DNA of 39,041 nucleotides, from positions 1-39,041 of the forward strand of contig JAVCBW010000043.1 of NCBI GenBank assembly GCA_037917675.1, given 5' to 3'. The notes under the pieces were generated by a model. The model saw only the letters and a list, made by a program, of their open reading frames with translations. It ran no database searches and was not told where the DNA came from. Source of the DNA: Thermoproteota archaeon (GTDB lineage Archaea; Korarchaeota; Korarchaeia; B14-G2). This document shows, piece after piece, positions 1 to 9,028 of this stretch (position 1 is its first letter; every line of letters starts with the position of its first letter). Made by a program: the position numbers and the translations under genes.

Positions 1-1
1 G

Positions 2-64
2 CCAATAGAAGAAATAACCTACCTAGAGAAGTATGGGAAGAAGCTACCTAAGCACTACAGGTGA
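2..64 (+). CDS. 3' end of a gene cut by the window edge, possibly a nitroreductase-family C-terminus
   Basis: The frame reads PIEEITYLEKYGKKLPKHYR-TGA, resembling the P-x-EEI-x-x-x-E-x-YG tail of nitroreductases. Only 20 codons are visible. Confidence 0.35.
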   Translation, partial: PIEEITYLEKYGKKLPKHYR

Positions 65-69
65 TCTAA

Positions 70-425
70 TTGAAGAGAGGGCTCAGAGGAGGATATCTCA
101 AGATGCTCTCCAATAGGGAGCTTGAAAGCATCCACATGGCCTCACTAGAGGTTCTAGAGGACACTGAAATGAGATGCGAGCCGGAAACCATACTGAAAGC
201 CTTCAAGGAGACGGGTACAGACATAAATGAGAAGGAGAGGAACGTAAAGATACCACAGCATCTAGTCAAAGAAGCCCTGAGGAAAGCCCCTCCCAGATCA
301 TACTCTGCGGCAGGCGTAGGGAAAACGACATCCTGCTAGAGGACTCCAGAACATACTTCGGGCTAGGTGGAACACCTACACCATACATCAGAGACCTAGA
401 GACAGGAGAGATCAGGAGGCCAACT
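70..425 (+). pseudogene. mttB: Truncated, frameshifted MttB-superfamily methyltransferase N-terminus
   Basis: MKRGLRGG..IHMASLEVLE..VKIPQHLVKEALRKAP parallels the N-terminus of 9022..10464. After an apparent 1-nt deletion near 292-296, another frame continues IILCGRRRENDILLEDSRTYFGLGGTPTPYIRDLETGEIRRPT and similarity ends at 425. Confidence 0.9.
303..425 (+). repeat. 123-bp exact direct repeat, copy 1 (copy 2 at 9253..9375)
   Basis: Compared base by base: ctctgcggcaggcgtagg...atcaggaggccaact is identical in both copies. Confidence 0.95.
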
Positions 426-571
426 CTCACAATATTCACACCAAGCCTCTTGAGCAGGCTTGTGTCACTTGTCTTCCTAGCTAAGGCTACAACTTCATGC
501 CCGTCTTCAACTAGGGACTCAACTAAGCGTCCTCCTATGAAGCCTGTCCCACCTGTGACAAAGCACCTCAG
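426..571 (-). pseudogene. N-terminal fragment of an NAD-dependent epimerase/dehydratase (extended SDR)
   Basis: The minus strand reads LRCFVTGGTGFIGGRLVESLVEDGHEVVALARKTSDTSLLKRLGVNIVR (TGGxGFIG Rossmann motif). It begins at a CTG (571) overlapping the cutA stop, after GAGGTGA, and runs into antisense mttB sequence at 425. It is not in the ORF track. Confidence 0.85.
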
Positions 572-891
572 CTTTGCTCACCTCTAAGCTCCTCTTTAAC
601 CCACTTGATATAGCTGCCTAGCCCTCCCATCACGGGAGTAGCTATGACCTCAGGGACCTCATAGGAGTGAACCTCCTTTACGGCCTTAACGAGTTCACTC
701 AGCTTCTCCCTGCTGCTCTTAGCTAGGCAAAGCCACTCATCAGCTTCCTCTACCCTGCCCTTCCACCAGTAGAAGCTCCTGACAGGACCCATAGCCTGAG
801 CACACGCGGCAAGCCTCCTCTCAACTAGAACTCTAGCAATCTTCTCAGCTTCCTCTCTGCTACCAGCTGAAATGAACACTTGGATAACCAC
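568..891 (-). CDS. cutA: Divalent-cation tolerance protein CutA
   Basis: LVERRLAAC, SFYWWKG, EWLCLAK and HSYEVPEVI motifs; 107 aa. Confidence 0.95.
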   Translation of the reverse strand: MVIQVFISAGSREEAEKIARVLVERRLAACAQAMGPVRSFYWWKGRVEEADEWLCLAKSSREKLSELVKAVKEVHSYEVPEVIATPVMGGLGSYIKWVKEELRGEQS

Positions 892-1159
892 CTACACCAC
901 CATAAGCCATATCACAGGCTAAATTTAAGCCTGCTCAGCACCCTTCCAGCTAGGAGATTAGAGGCTATAGAGCTGCTTTCACCATACTAACATAGGCTTG
1001 AGGTGGTAGTTAGCAATATGCCTGCTTTATGCTTGGCATCTAGCCTTGAGAGGTTGTGGTCGAGTCTGGTGGCAGCTGTGTAGTTGAGGCTGGATAGCTC
1101 CCTAGTGCTAGGAGTGGGTTAAACTTAATTTGCTACGTGCATTGAGGCTTGGTGTCTGG

Positions 1160-2575
1160 TTGGATAGGCTGTTTAAGCCTAGGTCTATAGCTGTCGTTGG
1201 TGCCTCTCCGAACCCTCGTAGCATAGGTAACCTGCTGCTGAAGAGGATAATTGACTATGGCTTTCAGGGGAAGGTTTACCCTGTTAACCCGAAGTATAGC
1301 AGCATCCTAGGGCTGAGGTGCTATCCTAGCGTGAGTAGCATAGGTGAGCACATTGACTTGGCTATCATAGTCACGCCAGCTGAGGCTGCTGTCAAGGTGG
1401 CTGAAGACTGTGCTAGAGCTGGAGTAGGCTACGTTGTGGTTGCTAGCGGAGGCTTCAGGGAGGTTGGTGCTAGGGGAGCTGAGCTGGAGAAGATGCTTGT
1501 TGAGGCTGCTAGAGCTGGTGGCACCAGGGTTATTGGCCCAAACTGCATGGGAGTCTATAGCCCACGTGGGAGGGTAACTCTGTTCGAGGGGTTCCCTAGG
1601 GAGCCAGGGGATGTAGCCTTGGTTTCACATAGCGGAGGGATGGCTGAGATGATTGTGATGATGCTAGCTGAGAGAGGCCTCGGGATAAGCTTGCTTGCTA
1701 GCACAGGGAACGAGGCTGACCTAACTCTAGTGGACTTCATAGGATACATGAGCAGAGACGAGGACACCAGGGTCATAGGAGGCTACATAGAGCAGGTGAA
1801 GGATGGGAGGCGCTTCCTAGAGGAAGCTAGGAAGGCAGCTGCAAGGAAGCCTATAGTCTTGATGAAGGTCGGCAGAGGGGAGGCTGGGAGGAGAGCAGCC
1901 TTATCCCACACAGGAGCCTTAGCTGGAGCAGACAAGGTGCTCTCAGCAGCATTCAAGCAAGCTGGAGTCATCAGAGCAGAGACGCTACTGGAGCTAGTAG
2001 AGTACTGCATGACATTCAGCAGGCTAAACCCGATGCCAGTGAGGGGAGTTGGGGTGATAACAGGCCCAGGAGGCCTAGGTGTGGTGCTAGTGGACGCTAT
2101 AGAGCAGGCAGGCCTGGAGGCTCCAGAGTTCACTGGGGAAACCAAGCTCAGGCTCAGAGAGATCCTACCGCCTGTAGCAGGGACCTCAAATCCAGCTGAC
2201 CTCACCCTAGCAATGGTGAGAGACATAGACTTGGTCAGGCGAGCTGCAATAATCCTAGACAAAGACCCTAGGATAGATGCCATGGTGGTAGGGGTGGCAG
2301 CAGTCCTGACTTACAGCAAGCAGATAGCAGAGGAGTTCGCTAAGGTCATGGCTGAAGCCAAGGAGAGCTGTGTCAAGCCTCTAGTAGCAGTATGCCCCTA
2401 TGTAGGTGAGGCAGGAGAGCAGCTGAAAGCACTCATCAAGTCAGGCATACCAGTATACCTCACACCAGAGTCAGCAGCCTCCTCACTAGCAGCTCTCTCC
2501 ACGTACTACAAGGCCAAGATGAGGATCAGCAGGAACTCTACTAGTGAGCTACACAGCTACCATGAAGCCACCTAG
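1160..2575 (+). CDS. acdA: ADP-forming acetate/acyl-CoA ligase alpha subunit
   Basis: LFKPRSIAVVGAS CoA-binding start, IGPNCMG, STGNEAD, catalytic SHTGA and NPADL. Start placed at TTG 1160 (the track ORF begins at 1130). No beta subunit is adjacent. Confidence 0.9.
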   Translation: MDRLFKPRSIAVVGASPNPRSIGNLLLKRIIDYGFQGKVYPVNPKYSSILGLRCYPSVSSIGEHIDLAIIVTPAEAAVKVAEDCARAGVGYVVVASGGFREVGARGAELEKMLVEAARAGGTRVIGPNCMGVYSPRGRVTLFEGFPREPGDVALVSHSGGMAEMIVMMLAERGLGISLLASTGNEADLTLVDFIGYMSRDEDTRVIGGYIEQVKDGRRFLEEARKAAARKPIVLMKVGRGEAGRRAALSHTGALAGADKVLSAAFKQAGVIRAETLLELVEYCMTFSRLNPMPVRGVGVITGPGGLGVVLVDAIEQAGLEAPEFTGETKLRLREILPPVAGTSNPADLTLAMVRDIDLVRRAAIILDKDPRIDAMVVGVAAVLTYSKQIAEEFAKVMAEAKESCVKPLVAVCPYVGEAGEQLKALIKSGIPVYLTPESAASSLAALSTYYKAKMRISRNSTSELHSYHEAT

Positions 2576-2832
2576 CGTCTCTGACAAGGCTATAGTGGGT
2601 TGAGGTGAGCTTGGAATGTAAGCTTGAAGCGTGATGCTTTGAGCGCTCTCTGGGCGAGATGTCAGGCTATAAGAGGCTTCAGCTCTAGCCTTGGTCAGCT
2701 TCCCAACATAGCTTTTCAGCTAGCAGCTGCTCGACAGGTATACTCCTCTTTCCTGCTTCTCTCATGGCTAGCTCAGCTAGCTTCACCTCCACCATCTGCA
2801 TGCTACCTACAGTCAGCTCTCAGCTGATAAGC

Positions 2833-3159
2833 TTATCCTCTGTCTATCACCTTGAACTCTATCTCATAGAGTGAATCCCCTTCCTTGAGCTTCCCATAGT
2901 ATCTCCTTAAGGCTGCTTTCAGGGTGTCTGCATCTGGGTAGCCTGCCTTCTCAGCGTCCTCGTCTCTGAGCTGGCCTACCTTGATCTTCCTCACCTTAGT
3001 CACCTTGGCTTTAGCGAACTCTCTCCCATCTGAGACCAAGCTGACTACATCCCCCTTCTCTAGCCTACACTCGCTCCACTTCCTGATGGTTGCTGTCTTC
3101 AGCCCATCTAAGATCAGTGGCACCAGGTGCTTCTTGAAGGCTATCCTAGCTCTCCTCAT
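2833..3159 (-). CDS. ASCH-domain protein, YqfB-like
   Basis: ILDGLKTATIR (GxKxxTIR), GDVV, DAEKAGY and YEIEFK; 108 aa. ATGA overlap with tmcA. Confidence 0.88.
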   Translation of the reverse strand: MRRARIAFKKHLVPLILDGLKTATIRKWSECRLEKGDVVSLVSDGREFAKAKVTKVRKIKVGQLRDEDAEKAGYPDADTLKAALRRYYGKLKEGDSLYEIEFKVIDRG

Positions 3160-5426
3160 GGCTCAGCCACCCTGTAGTAGGCTGCTAGCCTCCTAGCTAT
3201 GCTCCTCATCGCCTCAAAGAGCTCACTCTGCTTTCTGAGGCCTATCGCAGGCTTAGCTAGGTCCCAGCTCTTCCCCTGAAGCACCTTGGCTATCAGAAGC
3301 CTCTCCTCACCTTCTGTCAGAGGCCTCTTGCTATGCCACCCGAGGAAGTATGCTCTAGCAAGCTCCACTAGGGCATCACATGTCATCTCATATGAGTTAT
3401 ATCCTCTGATGTACCCTAGCAGCCTGAGCTTCTGGCTATATGTCAGCTTAGGCTTAGCTGGCACGCCTCCTGTAGCCAATAATAGCCTAGCTACCTCAGG
3501 TGGCATCCCAAAGTATATGTCGTGTAGAGACTGTATCACCCTCTTCTTCATCTCAAGGTTAAGCTGCCTCACCATGGCTTCAGCTCTCTCTGTGAGGGGC
3601 TTAGCTACGAAGACGCTGTACTCTCCTGAAACCTGGTTTCTAGTCGGGCTCAGGTGTATTGGTGTGAAGCCATTCCTCAGCCAGAATCTCAGCAGCTCCT
3701 CGCTTGCCCCGAAACCTGACCCAACCCAGTCCATCCCCACCTCCATGGCCTCCTTACAGACCTCCCTCAGAGCCCTAGACCCTAGGCCTCTACGCTGGAG
3801 TGCTGGGTGGGTTGCTATCCTCACTATCCTCCAGCCCCATAGCTTAGCAAAGCCCCTTAGCCCATAGTACATGAGGATTCTTGATGGGATCATGTGTCCT
3901 GGTACATCTCTCTCCCTAGCCATGATCCCCTCTATGACATCCTCCTCAAGCTTCCCCTCCTCAGCTAGCTGAACTGAGACTAGAGCCTCACCTCCTGAAG
4001 CTAGAGCCCTAGCAGAGTGGTGTGGTGCATCTAGGATTATCGCTAGGTCATTAGGTCTATTCCTGTAGTGTGCTAGCACATATATCCCATACCACTTCTT
4101 CAGGAAATCCTCCCCTACCTTAGTGAAGTCTACCTTGATGTACTCTGGATCGCTGAATCCATCTGGCTCACCTGGCTCAGCATCCAGAAGGAGGAGCTTA
4201 TAGAGCCACTTCTCAATAGGGTCTCCTGGAGGATACCTTATCGGAGTCTTCATTTCAACTATCCTTAGCCTAGTGCTCTTCTCCTCAGCTAGTGTAGAGA
4301 GGAACTTCTGGGAGAACCCTCTTCCAGCTCCCTCGTAGCCGTGTATTGTCGAAGAGAATATGGCTATCCTGCTAGACCTGAGTATCTTGAAGAGGATGTA
4401 TGTTGGGATTGAAGCTGCCTCGTCAACGACCTTGACCTTCATATCTGAGTCAGCTAGTGAGGGTGGGCTCAGGTAGACTGCAACTCTCCCCTTAGCTCTC
4501 ACACCTACCTTCTCTCCATCCTTCACTATAGGAGCTGGACTGAGCCCCTGTGCTCTCAGCCCTCTCTCAAGGAACTCAAAGAGTGTGTGTACCCCCTGAA
4601 GGGAGGGGGCTGTTACACCTATAGCCTTGAACTTCCTCATGATCAGAGATATCCCTAGACCTAAGGCAGCTGACTTCCCTCTCCCCCTGTTCGCTATCAC
4701 GACTACAGCATGCCTCCCAGCTTCCCTGGCTTCCTCCACGGCATCTATGACCTCAACCTGCTCATCTGTCAGCGCAAGAGACCTGACTGGCCCCTCAGCG
4801 TTAGCCTTGGGTGGCTGCTGGCTTCTAGCTCTCCTAGGCTTCCCATACACCATCTTAGACTCTAGGTCTATGAGCCAGGTTCCCTCAGACTCTCTTATGC
4901 TCCTCAGGAACCTTAGCTTGAAGAGGTTCCTGACATCACTCTCGCTGTAAGGTGGGCTAGCAAGCTTCTTCTGGAAGAGGGTGAGTGAGCTAAGCCAGGC
5001 TCCTGGTGGTGGCAGCGTGAACACTATTACTCCTCCTCCCCTGACTGTCTCAACGAGCCTACCTATGTCATCTGGCCTCATCTGGGCTGAGAAGTCAGCT
5101 AGGAGCACATCCCATGTGCCACCTAGCGCAAGCTCACTTTCATCGAAGTCTAGTGGAGTCAGGGAGGCTACGTCAGATAGCCTCTCAGCTAGAGCCCTAG
5201 CACCAGCAACCTCCTCTCCACTTGACACATTTGCGTAGAGGACTGTAACTGGCCTACCTCTCTCTCTGGCATAGACCCTGATGGCCTCAGCTACATCCTC
5301 TATTCTTAAGCCTCCAGCTAAGGCTATAAGCCTCCTCTCACCCGACTCTACAGCCTCAGCTGAAACCCTATGCATATACTCCTCAATTAAGGACACTGAG
5401 ACCACCATGGAGCCTGATGCCAGCAT
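3156..5426 (-). CDS. tmcA: tRNA/RNA cytidine N4-acetyltransferase TmcA/Nat10
   Basis: RGRGKSAALG Walker A, VVDEAA, STIHGYEGAGRGF, HYRNRPNDL, GNAT RIVRIATHP..QRRGLGS and a C-terminal tRNA-binding region. The exact start is uncertain. Confidence 0.96.
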   Translation of the reverse strand: MLASGSMVVSVSLIEEYMHRVSAEAVESGERRLIALAGGLRIEDVAEAIRVYARERGRPVTVLYANVSSGEEVAGARALAERLSDVASLTPLDFDESELALGGTWDVLLADFSAQMRPDDIGRLVETVRGGGVIVFTLPPPGAWLSSLTLFQKKLASPPYSESDVRNLFKLRFLRSIRESEGTWLIDLESKMVYGKPRRARSQQPPKANAEGPVRSLALTDEQVEVIDAVEEAREAGRHAVVVIANRGRGKSAALGLGISLIMRKFKAIGVTAPSLQGVHTLFEFLERGLRAQGLSPAPIVKDGEKVGVRAKGRVAVYLSPPSLADSDMKVKVVDEAASIPTYILFKILRSSRIAIFSSTIHGYEGAGRGFSQKFLSTLAEEKSTRLRIVEMKTPIRYPPGDPIEKWLYKLLLLDAEPGEPDGFSDPEYIKVDFTKVGEDFLKKWYGIYVLAHYRNRPNDLAIILDAPHHSARALASGGEALVSVQLAEEGKLEEDVIEGIMARERDVPGHMIPSRILMYYGLRGFAKLWGWRIVRIATHPALQRRGLGSRALREVCKEAMEVGMDWVGSGFGASEELLRFWLRNGFTPIHLSPTRNQVSGEYSVFVAKPLTERAEAMVRQLNLEMKKRVIQSLHDIYFGMPPEVARLLLATGGVPAKPKLTYSQKLRLLGYIRGYNSYEMTCDALVELARAYFLGWHSKRPLTEGEERLLIAKVLQGKSWDLAKPAIGLRKQSELFEAMRSIARRLAAYYRVAEP

Positions 5427-5501
5427 CCTTGAAGGAATCCTCTAGATGACTGCAGCATGCTCAACTTATTAACCTTTAGCCTATAGCCTCCTGGTGGAAG
5501 A

Positions 5502-6080
5502 TTGAGTGCTCTAGATGAGGCCCTCAGGAAAGCTGAGGAAAAGCTCTCTGAGGAGCTTGTTGCAACCCCAGGGCACGTTAGGAGAGTCCTCTTCTGGTGT
5601 GAGAAGATAGCCAAGGAGGAGGAAGCTGACCTGGAAGCTGTCAGGCTAGCTGCAGCACTCCATGACATAGCTATCCCAGATGATAGAGCCATACACTATG
5701 AGCTTGGAGCAAAGATGGCGCTGGAAATGCTCATGAAGCTAGGTGTCTCCAGGGAAGTTGCTGAGAAAGCCTCTCATGCCATAAGGTCTCACAGCAGGTA
5801 TGGTGGCCCAGAGCCAGATACCCCAGAAGGCAAGGTCCTCTGGGATGCTGACTGCATAGATGCCTGTGGAGCAGTCGGTGTCATAAGAGCAGTGCTCAGA
5901 GAGCTACAGGCAGGTAGGCTGAGAGAGCCTAAAGACGTCCTCCCTGCACTTGAGAAGCTAGCTAGCATCAAAGCCTACACTAAAGCTGGTGGAGAAGAGC
6001 TTGAGAGGAGGAAGAGCTTCATAAGCAAGTTCATAGAGGAGCTTAAAAGGGAGCTAGCTGCGTCAGGAGAGCAGCTCTAG
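5502..6080 (+). CDS. HD-domain metal-dependent phosphohydrolase
   Basis: HVRRV, ALHDIA, H, HS and DAD..DA.GAVG motifs. Confidence 0.9.
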   Translation: MSALDEALRKAEEKLSEELVATPGHVRRVLFWCEKIAKEEEADLEAVRLAAALHDIAIPDDRAIHYELGAKMALEMLMKLGVSREVAEKASHAIRSHSRYGGPEPDTPEGKVLWDADCIDACGAVGVIRAVLRELQAGRLREPKDVLPALEKLASIKAYTKAGGEELERRKSFISKFIEELKRELAASGEQL

Positions 6081-6134
6081 CAGTGCTGGCAGCTGCCTGC
6101 AAAGCTATTAAAGGGATACCACCTGAGATCTAGG

Positions 6135-6782
6135 ATGCCTCTGGTGGCCACACCCCCTGAGAGCAACCTAGGATACTGGGAGATGGTTGATAGAGACCTA
6201 GAGGAGGCTAAGCAGCTCCTTGAGCAGGGGAGCACGAGGGCAGCAGTCATAACAGCGATGATAGCAGTCGAGAAGTCTCTCAGGTTAGCTCTTGGGGTAG
6301 GTGGCCTAAAGCAAGCTGAGCTGCTAGACCTCATGCACTTCGCCAAGAGAGAGAATGTCTGGCTGCCAGCTTGGAAGGAGCTCAAGAAGTGGAGGTATAT
6401 TAGGAACATGTGCCTACACTCCTTCTACATCCCTACGAGAGAGGAAGCTAGAGAGGCCATCGAGTTCGCAAGGTTCTTCGTAGACAAGGCTAAGGACATG
6501 AACGTAGCTGAGAAGGTCAAGAAGAAGGCTAAGAGGGTCTTCAGGAGGCTGGAGGGGAGCTACAGGAAGACGATGATGCTCACAGACAGGATATTCATAG
6601 CTGGGGCAGCAATATTCCTAGCAGGCTGGCTTACACTAATACACCTCACTCTAGCTATCCCTCACCTAGCTCTACTATGGAAGCTGAGGTTCCTCTTCTC
6701 AATGGCAGCTATACCAGCTGGCCTAGGCGCATGCATCCTCTCTCTGCTAGAGAAGTGGGAGAGAAAGGCTCCAGAAGCCTAG
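6135..6782 (+). CDS. HEPN-domain protein with two C-terminal hydrophobic helices
   Basis: Helical HEPN pattern (LEEAK..AAV..A..AVEK.L), R90-N-M-C-L-H95 and PTREEA..AIEFA. Hydrophobic segments at about residues 154-180 and 186-205. TATTAAA lies about 25 nt upstream. Confidence 0.75.
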   Translation: MPLVATPPESNLGYWEMVDRDLEEAKQLLEQGSTRAAVITAMIAVEKSLRLALGVGGLKQAELLDLMHFAKRENVWLPAWKELKKWRYIRNMCLHSFYIPTREEAREAIEFARFFVDKAKDMNVAEKVKKKAKRVFRRLEGSYRKTMMLTDRIFIAGAAIFLAGWLTLIHLTLAIPHLALLWKLRFLFSMAAIPAGLGACILSLLEKWERKAPEA

Positions 6783-7420
6783 TCTACTAGGTATGTCTCA
6801 ACCCTCTCAACACCCCTCCCCGGATTCCTCCTCTTGAGCCTAATCCTCCCGATCTCCCTAGTGTTCCTCACATGCATCCCACCACATGGCATCTCTATCT
6901 CAGCACACCTCCATACCCTGAAGCCAGGCCTATCAGGTGGCGTCTCGATCCTGATCTCATGGCCCTCAGCGATGAACCTGTTACAGAGCTCCTCAACCTC
7001 CCTGAGCTTCACAGGGTCAAGCCTCCCCTCATAAGCGTAGTCAGACCTATCCTTCTTCTCATCAACTCTGCTTCCAACCCTCTCAAGAGGCCCGAACACC
7101 CTGTGGAGGAAGTGCTCCATGATGTGGGCAGCAGAGTGAAGCCTCATAATCCTATACCGCCTATCCCAGTCGATCCTACACCTCACCTTGTCTCCTGGCT
7201 TAAGAGGAGCAGGCTTCTCAAGGTAATGCACGACCTCCTCTCCCTCAAGCTGCGTGTCAACAACCCTATACTCTCCAATCCACCCTGTGTCACCAACCTG
7301 CCCTCCTCCCTCAGGGTAGAAGCAAGTCTGATCCAAGACGACTCTAGCTCCATCAGCCTTGACGACTGTAGCCTCAAACTCCCTCATGTACATGTCCTCA
7401 TAGTAAAGCTTCCTAGTCAA
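6779..7420 (-). CDS. alaXM: Alanyl-tRNA editing protein AlaX-M
   Basis: LDQTCFYPEGGGQVGDTG plus HSAAH and CGGMH zinc motifs; 213 aa. Confidence 0.93.
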   Translation of the reverse strand: MTRKLYYEDMYMREFEATVVKADGARVVLDQTCFYPEGGGQVGDTGWIGEYRVVDTQLEGEEVVHYLEKPAPLKPGDKVRCRIDWDRRYRIMRLHSAAHIMEHFLHRVFGPLERVGSRVDEKKDRSDYAYEGRLDPVKLREVEELCNRFIAEGHEIRIETPPDRPGFRVWRCAEIEMPCGGMHVRNTREIGRIRLKRRNPGRGVERVETYLVD

Positions 7421-7479
7421 CTACACCACCAGAAGCCAACCCTCCACCTAAACTTTAATCTTTAGCCACCTACAGCGCC

Positions 7480-7894
7480 TCAGCACACGTCGCTTGCTTT
7501 CAAGCCTAGCTTCAGCCTAGAGTTGTCGTATGCTGCAAACTTGAGAGCAAGCCTCAGCACTGGCTCTCTATCCAGGATGACCTGCCTCTAAGAGCTCTAA
7601 GCCTGATGTACATTAGAGCATAGTTGAGCACAATGGCATCAACTGGAAGGCCCACCATGCTCTCAAGCCAAGTGGAAAGCCTCTCAGCATACTCTATAGT
7701 ATCCAGCAGCCTCCACCTCCTGCTGAGGTATACTCTAGGTCTACATCTCTGAAGACAGGGGAATCCAGGAAGCTCCCGAAGACCACAGCGAAAACGACAT
7801 CGCTTTCCTCTTCAAGCACTGCCCTAAGACTAAGCATAACCTTCCCCCTCATGCTCCAGCTGAGCCTAAAGATGCCTAGCCTCCTCCTCAACAT
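7480..7894 (-). pseudogene. Frameshifted MNT (minimal nucleotidyltransferase) antitoxin
   Basis: FGSF..RDVDL, then other frames give VYL..LSTWLESMVGLPVDAIVLN and QVILDREP; two frameshifts. Confidence 0.8.
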
Positions 7895-8303
7895 GCCTCT
7901 CCACTTCAGCTATGAAGTTCTCAATAGCCTCTAGCCTACTTGAGCTAGCTTCCTCATATACTCTCAAGTCGTCTACAGCCCAGTACTCATGGACTACCAG
8001 GTTTCTGAGCCCTGCAATCCTCTTCGTCTCCTCAGCCAGCATGGTGAGGCTATCCCTACCCTACCAGCTCGCTCAAAAGCTTCGCTGTAGGCTCTGGAGT
8101 GAAGCTGTACTTCACCTCTAGGATGTGAGAGCAGGCTAAAGCCAGCGTCTCCACAATGCTTACAATAGCATATCTCATAGCATACCTGAAGGTCAGGCTG
8201 CTCATGAACTCGTCAGCTGGAATGCTGAGCAGCTCCCCATGACGCTGAGGGCTTCTCTTGCCTCAGCTAGGAGCCTCATGGCACGCTTCACGTCAACCTA
8301 CAA
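7866..8303 (-). pseudogene. Frameshifted DUF86/HepT-type HEPN toxin
   Basis: Segments RYAMRYAIVSIVE..CSHIL / YSEAFER / IAGLRNLVVHEYWAVDD lie across about three frameshifts, with an early TAG after the putative TTG start. Confidence 0.85.
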
Positions 8304-8338
8304 GCTGACACCAGAAGCTGATTCAGCTGAGGTCTAGG

Positions 8339-8346
8339 TTTATATT
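8339..8346 (+). promoter_or_regulatory. Putative TATA box of the corrinoid-mttB-activator operon
   Basis: TTTATATT ends about 26 nt before ATG 8372. Confidence 0.55.
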
Positions 8347-8371
8347 AGCTTGCTGCAAGGATGCTCTGGGG

Positions 8372-9028
8372 ATGTGCTTGAGCAGCTTAAGTAGAGTAGC
8401 TGAAGCCATACTGGAATTCGATGAGGAGAAGCTTCTCAAGGAGGTTAGGGCAGCACTAGATAGAGGCTTCGATCCAGTGGAGGTCCTTGAGGAGGGGATT
8501 GCAGCTGGCTTAAGGAGGGTAGGTGAGCTCTTTGAGAAGGGAGAGCTATTCCTCATGCACGTTGTTGTCGCTGCTGAGGCAGCTAAGAAGGCGATAGAAG
8601 AGCTCATTGAGCCTAAGATAATGGAGAGAGGTGAGAAGAGGAAGGGCCTCGGTAGGGTTGTGATAGGCACGGTAGCAGGCGACATCCATGACATAGGGAA
8701 GAACATAGTGGCTGCGATGCTGACTGCATCAGGATTCGAGGTCTATGACCTTGGGAAGGATGTTCCAGTCGAGAAGTTCATAGAGAAGGCGAAGGAGGTT
8801 AAAGCTGACATAGTGGCTGCATCAGCCTTGCTCAGCACATCAATGCCTGTCCAGCATGAGATAGTGAAGGCTCTAGAGGAAGCTGGCCTCAGAGACAAGG
8901 TTAAGGTCATGGTTGGTGGAGCACCAGTCACAGAGGAGTGGGCTAGAGAGATTGGGGCAGACGGCTATGGCGCAGATGCAGTGGAGGCAGTGAAGGTAGC
9001 TAAGAAGCTGATTGGGGTGGAATGTTGA
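8372..9028 (+). CDS. Methyltransferase corrinoid protein (MttC/MtgC-like)
   Basis: Cap domain followed by GTVAGDIHDIGKNIV (DxHxxG), SALLSTS, VGGAPV and IGADGYG. Confidence 0.96.
   Translation: MCLSSLSRVAEAILEFDEEKLLKEVRAALDRGFDPVEVLEEGIAAGLRRVGELFEKGELFLMHVVVAAEAAKKAIEELIEPKIMERGEKRKGLGRVVIGTVAGDIHDIGKNIVAAMLTASGFEVYDLGKDVPVEKFIEKAKEVKADIVAASALLSTSMPVQHEIVKALEEAGLRDKVKVMVGGAPVTEEWAREIGADGYGADAVEAVKVAKKLIGVEC

Noticed and set aside
3286-3867. Long antisense ORFs, also 1783..2283, 6872..7465, 13264..13797, 17412..17930, 21022..21576 and 23748..24314
   Set aside because: Ser/Leu-rich shadows lying opposite well-supported genes, with no motifs.
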